NCBI GenBank assembly: GCA_002504905.1
Contig: DATY01000019.1
Span: 30,326 to 94,325 of the forward strand
Direction: 5' to 3'
DNA length: 64,000 nucleotides
Source of the DNA: Euryarchaeota archaeon UBA605
GTDB taxonomy: Archaea; Thermoplasmatota; Poseidoniia; Poseidoniales; Thalassarchaeaceae
The notes under the pieces are model-generated. The model was not told the origin of the DNA. It was given only the letters and a program-made list of their open reading frames with translations, and made no database searches. The translations under genes were made by a program, and so were the position numbers. Numbering within the stretch: the stretch's first letter is position 1; each line of letters begins with the position of its first letter. Below, piece after piece: positions 49,248 to 57,818 of the stretch.

Positions 49248-52200
49248 CCTTTAATACCGTAGCTAAATCAGAGTCTAAGGCTCTTCTAGTAGTGAACAAT
49301 AATGATAAAATAACTGCTACAAGGACTAACCCATTAACAGCTGCAATCTCCAGCCATGGCCAGACTAAATTTCTATCAATAGGGACACTCTGGCCCAAGA
49401 ATAGTTGGAAAATAAATCCGAAGATACTGAAGAAACCATTGAAAGACTCTGAAACTGCCAGTCCGAGAGTGACCCCCAAAATCATACTTACAAGTAGGAT
49501 TGACATTATCTCAAACAGAACTAGACGGATTACTTGATTGGGGCTAGCACCGATTGCCTGTAATATTGCAAGTTCTCTTTTTCTCTGAGTTAGAACCAGA
49601 GAAAGGAATACGAAGGCAGAAGAAACGGATGCCAGAGCAGCTACTACAAACATCATACTGAGTAAACCTGGAGTACCAAATATTAATCCACCATTACGTT
49701 CATTTTGTTCATGAGCAGTAGACCAATCGGATGCAGAAACAATTCCGCTATTACTCTTCAAGTCAGCACTCAAAAGTTCTAATGCCTCGGAACATTCGTC
49801 AGTTCTTTCGTCACATAATTCAAACATCCAAATAGAGGAAGTATGAGAATCTACTATCTGATTACCAAGTAGTTCTCTGTAGGTACTCTCTCCTACTACA
49901 ATTACTGAATCAGACTCAATTGATGAAATACCTGGAACCCATTGATGTTTGCCAGCGTAATTAACTGTTGCTTCAGTAGTTCCAGTTTCGACAGGGAGCC
50001 CAAGTGAATTTAATTCATATGTGGTGTATTGCAGTGTTAATGATTTACCGATAGAAGGTCTACCTAGGGTGCTTCTAGCATCGCCACCTGCTGTATAGCC
50101 ACCATTTCTCCATGTTTCGGAGATTTCATCAATATCATCTCCTGGTATTGCTTGTGAGTCCCATATTAAGGTGTTCTCATGGCCATCAAATACAACCCAA
50201 GTAAGTAAAGAAATTCCTTCTTCTTTTGTTTGAGTAAGAGTCCTAGCTACTGAAGTCATTGAAGAAATATCATTAATTTGATTGTCTGAAATTGAGTCGA
50301 TGGATAGCATCATCTGATTACGTGCCTGTTCTTCAGTGAGCGCTGTATCAAATTGAACCATGACATCAGCACCATTCTGGGCATTTGTTGTTCTCTCGTC
50401 TACCAATGTTCCTGTGTGGCCTTGAACAGCGGCCAGAGTGACTATTGAAAGTGTTAACAATAGAATCAAGGATAAACTACTGACTGAAGAACTAGAACCT
50501 GAACCACTTAATCCTCTACGAATATCTGAAATTGCTGGAGACCAACCGAATAAACGATTCAAGATTTGAGGGCCAGCGGCACCAATCCTGGAAAGAACTA
50601 GAGCGCCTCCGATCCAAAGGAAGAACGGCCCCAAAAGAAGAAGGATTGCATTTAGTATAAAATTAGTCACTATCCCAGAACTACCCCATGGCCCATAACC
50701 ACCATTCGATTGAATCCAACTCTCCGCGAAAGCAAGAAGACCGAGTATAAATGTTAACCAATGAAGAATATAATTTGGTTTTCTCTCATTTGGAATTTTT
50801 CTAACACCTTCGTCTATCTCCATACTTAGGAATTTACGTGTTGTAACGGTACCACGCCAATATGAGACCCATACAGTAAGAAGTATAACAACAAAAGTAG
50901 AACCAAGACTTAGAATAGGATCTACATTGAAATCACCTTCATCGGTAAATCTGAGGAAACCTACGGCTCTGAGAACTATTTCAACGGCACCAGTTGCAAG
51001 AAGAAATCCTAAAGCCCAAGCAACTGTTCCAATTCCAAAGACTTCCATTACCATCATTCTCGACAAGTTATCTTCTGTACCACCAATTACTCTATGAATT
51101 GCCACTTCTCTTCTCCGTTGTTCGAGAGATAATCGTATACCATAGAGTAAAACAACAAATGAGAGAGCTACTATAGGAATCACTAGAATATAATCAAAAA
51201 CCTGAATTATTCCCAAGAAGATATTCAGAAATTGAATCGTTCCTGATATCATATCAGTATATTCGACAGAAATTAAAATCATACCGGATTCATTTTCTAG
51301 TTCATAATATCGAGGGACCCAATCTTCTTCCGTTCCCGTTTGATTTCCAGTACTTATGTCATATACAGGAACATCACCTCTAACTGATTCAATATTTCTT
51401 TGTAAATCACTAAGCCAAGCAGTCGCGGCACGTGTCGAAGATGTAGGGAGTTGGGTTCGATCGACTGAAACACCCAGATATCCATGATCATTCTGCATAA
51501 GGATAGTTTTTTGTTCATCATTAAGCACTGAATCTGTGACCATTAGTGGATTGAATAGTAGTGTTGGGTTTCCGAAGCTCTCTTCATAAATTGCTGCAAC
51601 GGTAAGATTTGTTACAGTAATTGTATCTTTACAAAATAATCTCCCTATCTCAAAATTAGCATCTAATATTGAATTACATTCTTCGACTGCCTGAACGCTA
51701 TCTGTAATGCCATAAATATCTTTGACATAGGAGAATGTTAAATTATCTATTTTATCACCAACTTCAATACTTGCTGCACTAGCAATTTTTGAGGGTAAAA
51801 CAATAGATCTATTCAATTGAGCATCTATTGCTGATGATGGCCAATCTCCGAAGATTATTGTTTTAGAATGTCTTTCACCCAATTCACCGTCCCAAATTCC
51901 ATCACCATAGAATCTGATCGTTCTTTGATCATTTATTGGAGGGCCATTTTCCGAAGCCTCAGAATAATCCCAACTTACGTTTGTCCAATCGGAAGTTGTA
52001 CTATTTACAGCTTCTACATTCAAAGGTTGAGGATTAGCAAAATTTTCATCGAAAAATCCGTTAATCCGGATGCCCTGACGCCCAAAGACTAGCCCGCAAT
52101 CAGAAAACTCAGGTCTATCCGTCAAGTCGTCACAAAATGACTCCCACAAAGCTGAATCATTAGTTCTACCCTCCCAATTACCGGTTGGATCTTCTTGAAA

Positions 52201-52620
52201 ATCTATTTTTGCATCAAATACATCATTTTCAAGTGAAAATTGGAAGAATCCTTGATTCAGTCCCACTGCGTAAGCTAAAACTGTGGTGATAACTAAAGAT
52301 GAAAGGAATACTCCTGCGAATATTGCAAGTCCCCTCTCTCTACCTCTCCAGGCACTCTGCATTGCTAAACGAATATTGTTTGGAGCTCCCAACCACTTAG
52401 TACGAAATGATTGATACCATGATTTGAAATATTCCTCTAATGAGAACTTTTCCTTATCTATAGTTCTCTTTTGCTCAGGTTCAACTAATGGCCTAATTAA
52501 CCTATATATTGAACGAGCCCCAGTGATACTAACTCCAAACAATAAAATGAAAATAATAAGAAATATCCAAGCGGATATCATCGTAGGAATTACTTCGGAA
52601 AATAATGAGTTTAGGTTCAT
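49240..52620 (-). CDS. ABC permease with two FtsX/MacB-type domains and large extracellular loops
   Basis: Two 'QR.RE.AI...IG' motifs; about 8-10 TM; ATG 52620 overlaps the upstream TAA (TAATG). Confidence 0.88.
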   Translation of the reverse strand: MNLNSLFSEVIPTMISAWIFLIIFILLFGVSITGARSIYRLIRPLVEPEQKRTIDKEKFSLEEYFKSWYQSFRTKWLGAPNNIRLAMQSAWRGRERGLAIFAGVFLSSLVITTVLAYAVGLNQGFFQFSLENDVFDAKIDFQEDPTGNWEGRTNDSALWESFCDDLTDRPEFSDCGLVFGRQGIRINGFFDENFANPQPLNVEAVNSTTSDWTNVSWDYSEASENGPPINDQRTIRFYGDGIWDGELGERHSKTIIFGDWPSSAIDAQLNRSIVLPSKIASAASIEVGDKIDNLTFSYVKDIYGITDSVQAVEECNSILDANFEIGRLFCKDTITVTNLTVAAIYEESFGNPTLLFNPLMVTDSVLNDEQKTILMQNDHGYLGVSVDRTQLPTSSTRAATAWLSDLQRNIESVRGDVPVYDISTGNQTGTEEDWVPRYYELENESGMILISVEYTDMISGTIQFLNIFLGIIQVFDYILVIPIVALSFVVLLYGIRLSLEQRRREVAIHRVIGGTEDNLSRMMVMEVFGIGTVAWALGFLLATGAVEIVLRAVGFLRFTDEGDFNVDPILSLGSTFVVILLTVWVSYWRGTVTTRKFLSMEIDEGVRKIPNERKPNYILHWLTFILGLLAFAESWIQSNGGYGPWGSSGIVTNFILNAILLLLGPFFLWIGGALVLSRIGAAGPQILNRLFGWSPAISDIRRGLSGSGSSSSVSSLSLILLLTLSIVTLAAVQGHTGTLVDERTTNAQNGADVMVQFDTALTEEQARNQMMLSIDSISDNQINDISSMTSVARTLTQTKEEGISLLTWVVFDGHENTLIWDSQAIPGDDIDEISETWRNGGYTAGGDARSTLGRPSIGKSLTLQYTTYELNSLGLPVETGTTEATVNYAGKHQWVPGISSIESDSVIVVGESTYRELLGNQIVDSHTSSIWMFELCDERTDECSEALELLSADLKSNSGIVSASDWSTAHEQNERNGGLIFGTPGLLSMMFVVAALASVSSAFVFLSLVLTQRKRELAILQAIGASPNQVIRLVLFEIMSILLVSMILGVTLGLAVSESFNGFFSIFGFIFQLFLGQSVPIDRNLVWPWLEIAAVNGLVLVAVILSLLFTTRRALDSDLATVLKGE

Positions 52621-53324
52621 TAACTCCCCTCCTCGATTCCCCAAGCTGAGCGTATGTCAGATGCCGCAGTGACTCCATCTTTCAACAGAAGCATTCTATC
52701 TGCCATAGATGCCAAAAGAGGATCGTGAGTGACCATCAAGACAGAAATTCCATCATTTCGACACAAATCTTGGAATAAATTGATTACTTCCTTTCCACTT
52801 TTAACATCTAGGTTTCCAGTAGGTTCATCAGCGAGAATCAATGATCTAGAACCAGAAATTGCACGCGCAACAGCAACCCTTTGCTGTTGACCGCCGGATA
52901 ATTGATCGGGAATAAAATTCATCCTATCCCCCAAACCTACTCTCTCGAGTGCATCACGTGCTCTAGTCTGAGCCTCAGCAGTTGGAACTCCGGACAATTC
53001 AAGACTGAAAATTACATTATCGAGAGCTGTTAATCTTTCCACAAGATGAAAATCTTGGAAAATCCATCCAACACCCTTTCTTCTTACATCAACTACTTTA
53101 TTCGGTGATTTAGTACCATAAACAAAGGATTCTAGATTAATTTCCCCAGAATCAGCTTCTAATAAGCCACCAATAATATTCAATAAAGTGCTCTTTCCAC
53201 AACCACTAGGGCCCATCAGGCTCACTAATTCGCCCTTCTGAACCTTGAGATTTATTCCTTTCAAAACCTCAAGTCTTCTCCTGCCTGAGCCAAACCCTTT
53301 TTTCAGATTATCAACATGCAGCAC
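52620..53324 (-). CDS. ABC ATPase (LolD/MacB-like)
   Basis: [37 protein letters not shown]. Confidence 0.92.
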   Translation of the reverse strand: MLHVDNLKKGFGSGRRRLEVLKGINLKVQKGELVSLMGPSGCGKSTLLNIIGGLLEADSGEINLESFVYGTKSPNKVVDVRRKGVGWIFQDFHLVERLTALDNVIFSLELSGVPTAEAQTRARDALERVGLGDRMNFIPDQLSGGQQQRVAVARAISGSRSLILADEPTGNLDVKSGKEVINLFQDLCRNDGISVLMVTHDPLLASMADRMLLLKDGVTAASDIRSAWGIEEGS

Positions 53325-53381
53325 AAGCCTCGGAATTATGATTGGCTTAAACAGTTATTGTATTTTTGAACAATACAAAAA

Positions 53382-53771
53382 TCATTTCTTGGAATACTCT
53401 TTTAGAGATGAAAGTGATATTATCTGGAGTGTCTCTTCATGTGTAGATTCAAGAAAAACTGGACAGGCTAGTCCGAGATCATAGGCGTCTTGCCAGGTTT
53501 GTGCACATACACACCATCTATCTCCCGGTTTTAACCCTGGAAAGTTAAACTGAGGAGCCGGAGTAATCAAATTATTTCCTCTCGATAGCGCAAAATCAAG
53601 AAAATCACGAGTAACTTCGCAGCAAACAGTGTGAAGACTCCTATCCCTTCTATCTGTATTACAACAACCATCTCTAAACCAACCGGTCAATGGATCTACA
53701 GAACATGTTTTCAATTCGGTACCTAGAACATTAAATGAGGGAAGCATAATAATCATAATCCTATTCTTCAA
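53382..53771 (-). CDS. DUF2237 family protein
   Basis: NVLG..L..CS.DP.TGWFRDGCC...H.VC...GN.L.TP.P...FPGLKPGDRWCVCA..W; start probably about 53750. Confidence 0.85.
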   Translation of the reverse strand: MKNRIMIIMLPSFNVLGTELKTCSVDPLTGWFRDGCCNTDRRDRSLHTVCCEVTRDFLDFALSRGNNLITPAPQFNFPGLKPGDRWCVCAQTWQDAYDLGLACPVFLESTHEETLQIISLSSLKEYSKK

Positions 53772-54855
53772 ACAGTGAATTGTAAGCCTTAGACAATGCT
53801 ATTCCATGAGCTGTAGGACTTAATAAATTTCTAACATGCTGAATCAATTTCAAATTTATCTGACGTTCTTCACCTTTATTCATTCTCCATTCTGAATGAA
53901 CTGTCTCTATGGCATCAATCCATGCCCTTAATTCATCAGTTGGTAAAAGATAGTTACTAGGAATTATCTCATTATGAGCCGCGGAATCAGAAGCCAAAAC
54001 TTTGCATCCTGCAGCCATAGCTTCAGCGGGAGGATAACCAAAACCTTCTGAAACACTTGGAAATAGTAATGCTTCAGCATGCTGAAATGAAGCAATTAAT
54101 TGATCTTCGTTTAGCCTAATATCGCTACCTATATTTACTAAATTTATCTCTTTTGATATCTCTGAATCTAATCCAGAAATTATATCTTTTACTAAATCTA
54201 ACCGCTTTCTTGGTTCGTTACTGCCAACAGTAATAATCAAACATTTTTCAGGGTCATAGAAATCACTGATTAATTCAGAGGATTTAGGATTTAACTCTGG
54301 ATCCCAATGATCAACATCAATTTGGTGTCTGACAAGAGCTGTTTTCTTATTTGGAAAAAGACGTTTTACTTCATTTCTTGTAGATTCAGAAATACAGATT
54401 AATAAATCCGCTCGATTTAACCCTGTTTTTAATTTTTTAATATCATACTTTCGAATAAAATTTGGATTATTTTCGCCAACGTTGATTACATCATTATCTA
54501 TGATTATCTTACGTGGATTAATGTGAAATAAATCATGAACTGTTACTACTACTGGAATTTTACAATCTTTAGGGACTAAATGAGCTTGTTCTTGATCAGT
54601 AATATGCAATAAATCAGCATTTGAGGATTCAGTTTTTCCTCCTACTAGGTTTGGATGAATGATCCATCTATGCCAAATCCTTGCCAAAATATTATTTTTT
54701 TCAGGATGTTCTAATACACCTGCTAGGGTCCAGTCTTTTACCAATGTTTTTTCTAGGAGAGAAATAAGTGAAAAATGGGCTCTACCAAGTCCGGTATTAG
54801 AGCGCAAAGCCCCTCCTCTGCTTAGTAAAACACGTCTAACCACAGTACTCGTCAA
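53761..54855 (-). CDS. Glycosyltransferase family 4
   Basis: VVTVHDL, VGSNEPRK, FPSVSEGFGYPPAEAMAAG. Confidence 0.85.
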   Translation of the reverse strand: MTSTVVRRVLLSRGGALRSNTGLGRAHFSLISLLEKTLVKDWTLAGVLEHPEKNNILARIWHRWIIHPNLVGGKTESSNADLLHITDQEQAHLVPKDCKIPVVVTVHDLFHINPRKIIIDNDVINVGENNPNFIRKYDIKKLKTGLNRADLLICISESTRNEVKRLFPNKKTALVRHQIDVDHWDPELNPKSSELISDFYDPEKCLIITVGSNEPRKRLDLVKDIISGLDSEISKEINLVNIGSDIRLNEDQLIASFQHAEALLFPSVSEGFGYPPAEAMAAGCKVLASDSAAHNEIIPSNYLLPTDELRAWIDAIETVHSEWRMNKGEERQINLKLIQHVRNLLSPTAHGIALSKAYNSLFEE

Positions 54856-54896
54856 GGCGTATCTGACTTAAACGAGAGCAGTAGATGAAGAGGTAG

Positions 54897-56120
54897 ATGT
54901 CGAGTTATGCGGGGCCGGGTTTGTCTGCAAAACCGCGACTTTTAGTTGTAAAAGGCTGTTTTTCAGCGATGGGAGGTGCTGAAAGAGATTTAATTAGAAA
55001 CATCCCCTTTCTTTCAGAAAAATTTAATGTTAGTGTTGCGACACTTGACCCTGTAGAGGAATTAGAATCGATGTGTAAAAAATTAAACTTTAAACTTATG
55101 ACTCCAAAGAAGTCTTGGAGTATTTCTGAAGATCCACTTTCAATTATTCTTGATAGAGATTCAAGTCTTGATGCTTGGAGGGAAATTGAAGGTTTAGGTT
55201 ATGCAATTAAAAATTCAGATTTTATACATATAGTTAGTGGAGATGGATCGATTTCATTTGTTGACTTAATACCTAATTCAATACCTGTCCATCTTCATCT
55301 TCTTGAGCCTCATAGAGGATTACATGAAGATGTATTGCACAAGAAAATTAATGGCCAACCAAAAAGAAATATTGGACTAACGAAGGCGCTATTATCAAGA
55401 GCGAGGAAAAGAGATATTTCACGTATAAATAAATTTAATATTAGAAAAAAATCGGCAATAAGTGGTAATTCAAAATACACGGTTTCCCGTATAAAAAAGA
55501 TTTATGATCTAGATGCAGGACTATTATGGCCTAGTATTCATCTAGAGGATTTCAGTAATGATGAGCAAGATGGTCATTTTATTGAATTAAATGAACCCTA
55601 TGTAGTTAATATTGGTAAGGCTAGTTGGGTCAAAGGTACTTGGGAGACAATCTCAATGCTACAAAAAACCAATCTTTCTTTAGCACATGTTGGTGGAGGA
55701 GATACAGAAGATATTCGTCTACTGAAAAAACACGCAGAATCATGCCAAGTAAAAGTTTGGTTCGCTCCAAGATTATCTCAAAAAGAATTGACAAAATTGT
55801 TAACAAATGCAAGAGCTAGCATTAGTATGGCTCATGGGGAACCTTTTGGATTAACTCCTATAGAAGCATTCGCTGTTGGCACACCAGCAATTTATGTTAA
55901 TGAAGGGGGTTTCAAAGATACAATCGTCAATAATAAAAATGGGAGACTAATTGTGAGAGGAGAAATAGATGATTGGCATAATGCTCTAAAAGATGCTGAA
56001 GATATGGACAATAGGATTAGATGGTCAGAAGCAGGTATGGATAGAATCAGATCTCTTGATTTAAGTTGTGAAAAACATGCAGAAAGAATTCACAGTATAT
56101 ACCAGAAATTAGATAGATAA
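54897..56120 (+). CDS. Glycosyltransferase family 4
   Basis: GGAER, KG, EPFGLTPIEAFAVGTP. Confidence 0.85.
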   Translation: MSSYAGPGLSAKPRLLVVKGCFSAMGGAERDLIRNIPFLSEKFNVSVATLDPVEELESMCKKLNFKLMTPKKSWSISEDPLSIILDRDSSLDAWREIEGLGYAIKNSDFIHIVSGDGSISFVDLIPNSIPVHLHLLEPHRGLHEDVLHKKINGQPKRNIGLTKALLSRARKRDISRINKFNIRKKSAISGNSKYTVSRIKKIYDLDAGLLWPSIHLEDFSNDEQDGHFIELNEPYVVNIGKASWVKGTWETISMLQKTNLSLAHVGGGDTEDIRLLKKHAESCQVKVWFAPRLSQKELTKLLTNARASISMAHGEPFGLTPIEAFAVGTPAIYVNEGGFKDTIVNNKNGRLIVRGEIDDWHNALKDAEDMDNRIRWSEAGMDRIRSLDLSCEKHAERIHSIYQKLDR

Positions 56121-56121
56121 T

Positions 56122-56697
56122 CTAGTCATTGAGATAGAACTTCATTGAGCTTGATCTTAAAGAAATTACTACTGAAATGAGGCCAAATATTGCTAAAATA
56201 AGGCTAAACCATTGATTAATAACAATAGAATTCATAAAATCGGGCCAAAATGGAAGAATGTCTAAAGTTGATTCCCCCAATGTAATTTTAGAACCTATCG
56301 ACCCTAAAATTATTATCGAAGTAAGTGCAAATAATGCAGAGAACATTTGCAAATTAGCTAAAGAAGAGTATCTCCAAAGTTCAGGACCAAATCTAAATCT
56401 ACCAATAAAGTATGATGCACTAAATCCAAAGGCGATTCCGGAAAAAATAAATTTATTATAGAATATTGCACCACCAGAATTAGTGGAAGAATAGTACCCA
56501 GAAATAATTGCCAAAGGAATTACTACCAATGTAAAAATCGAAGCAACATATGCTGCTCTATCCAAGGTAGTCTTTGAGGATTCAAGATTTGTAATATATG
56601 TAGAAAGCCATGTAAGGATTGCACAAACTCCCATTATTACACCTGAACCTGCTACTAATCCAACAACAAGATGGTGTAATGCAGTCACAAACATCAT
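56122..56697 (-). CDS. Polytopic membrane protein (about 5 TM, DUF2231-like) with an N-terminal His pair
   Basis: LHHLVV in TM1 and AIISGY; ATGA overlap with the upstream gene and GGAGGTGA RBS. Confidence 0.65.
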   Translation of the reverse strand: MMFVTALHHLVVGLVAGSGVIMGVCAILTWLSTYITNLESSKTTLDRAAYVASIFTLVVIPLAIISGYYSSTNSGGAIFYNKFIFSGIAFGFSASYFIGRFRFGPELWRYSSLANLQMFSALFALTSIIILGSIGSKITLGESTLDILPFWPDFMNSIVINQWFSLILAIFGLISVVISLRSSSMKFYLND

Positions 56698-57818
56698 TCA
56701 TCACCTCCTTTAGATAATTCCGGATCTGCCACCCATTCATTTTCTATTGGGTCCCACAGCCATCCTGGATTCTCATCTGACTTAATGAGCCTTGACCAAT
56801 ATTTTTCATCTAATTCTGGAGTAGTTGATTCTTGATATTCAATTATTGAATTATCAACTTCTTCAGTATTATCAATAATTTTCTTAACTCCTCTCGGCGC
56901 AAACCATGATTGTAATGAAACCATGAATCCTAATATAATTAAAGCAAAAGAAATTGATTGTAAGTTTGCTCCCAATGATGTACCATCGAAATATGGCTCC
57001 GAGGTGCCCATAGATAACCACGGCATAATATTACTGAAATCACCCATTGATGCAACCATTTGATATTCAATTCTTGTATCTCCGAGAGTTGCAGGTAGTG
57101 AAACTTCCCATTCTTGATCAGCTACCATTTCGACAGTTGCTTCATGAGATCTAGTCTCTCCTGATAATCTCCAATAAACTTCCAGAGATTCAGTATTAAC
57201 TGTTCTAATAGTAATAGTTGATGAATCTCCAGATATTCTTTCTTCTGGAGATGTCCAACCATCAGCAAGAGTAGGATAATTCTCAGGAATAGGTTCAATA
57301 TTAACTGCAATAGCGTCTGTCTCACCGATAAATGCCTTGTTATTATGATTGTAGTAACTACCATGATGGATTGAGATGTAAATTTCCTTAACACCTAAAT
57401 CTTCTGGAACTAATAGAACCCAACTAACCGTAACTTGGTTTTCAGAAGAAACTACTTCTACATAATTAGATGTTCCACCATTTGGATCTTGTATTATTGT
57501 CCATCCATAATCTTCTGGATGATCACCATTTCCATTCTTGGAACCAAGTAGGAATATTCCAACTAAGCCATTATCAGATGTATCTAAATTACTAATTGAA
57601 ACTGAAACTTCAGTAGTTGTACTTGAATAAGCAGTAGATGACATTTCTACATCTATGATTGCTGATGAAGTTGAAGACAAACTCGGATCTCCATGACATG
57701 AACCGCCACAAGTATAATCTCTGTTACTATCGCCTTTTCCACCAGGATTAGCTACTCCTGAAGAAGTTGCTAATAATAGGATTAGAATTGCACTCAGTGT
57801 AATTATTCGAGATTTCAT
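56694..57818 (-). CDS. Secreted, TM-anchored protein with Reeler/choice-of-anchor-V-like N-terminal domain (CGGSCH motif)
   Basis: Signal peptide, then NPGG...TCGGSCHG; WVLLVP; TM helix; cytoplasmic GWLWDP...EW tail; ATGA overlaps on both sides. Confidence 0.65.
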   Translation of the reverse strand: MKSRIITLSAILILLLATSSGVANPGGKGDSNRDYTCGGSCHGDPSLSSTSSAIIDVEMSSTAYSSTTTEVSVSISNLDTSDNGLVGIFLLGSKNGNGDHPEDYGWTIIQDPNGGTSNYVEVVSSENQVTVSWVLLVPEDLGVKEIYISIHHGSYYNHNNKAFIGETDAIAVNIEPIPENYPTLADGWTSPEERISGDSSTITIRTVNTESLEVYWRLSGETRSHEATVEMVADQEWEVSLPATLGDTRIEYQMVASMGDFSNIMPWLSMGTSEPYFDGTSLGANLQSISFALIILGFMVSLQSWFAPRGVKKIIDNTEEVDNSIIEYQESTTPELDEKYWSRLIKSDENPGWLWDPIENEWVADPELSKGGDE

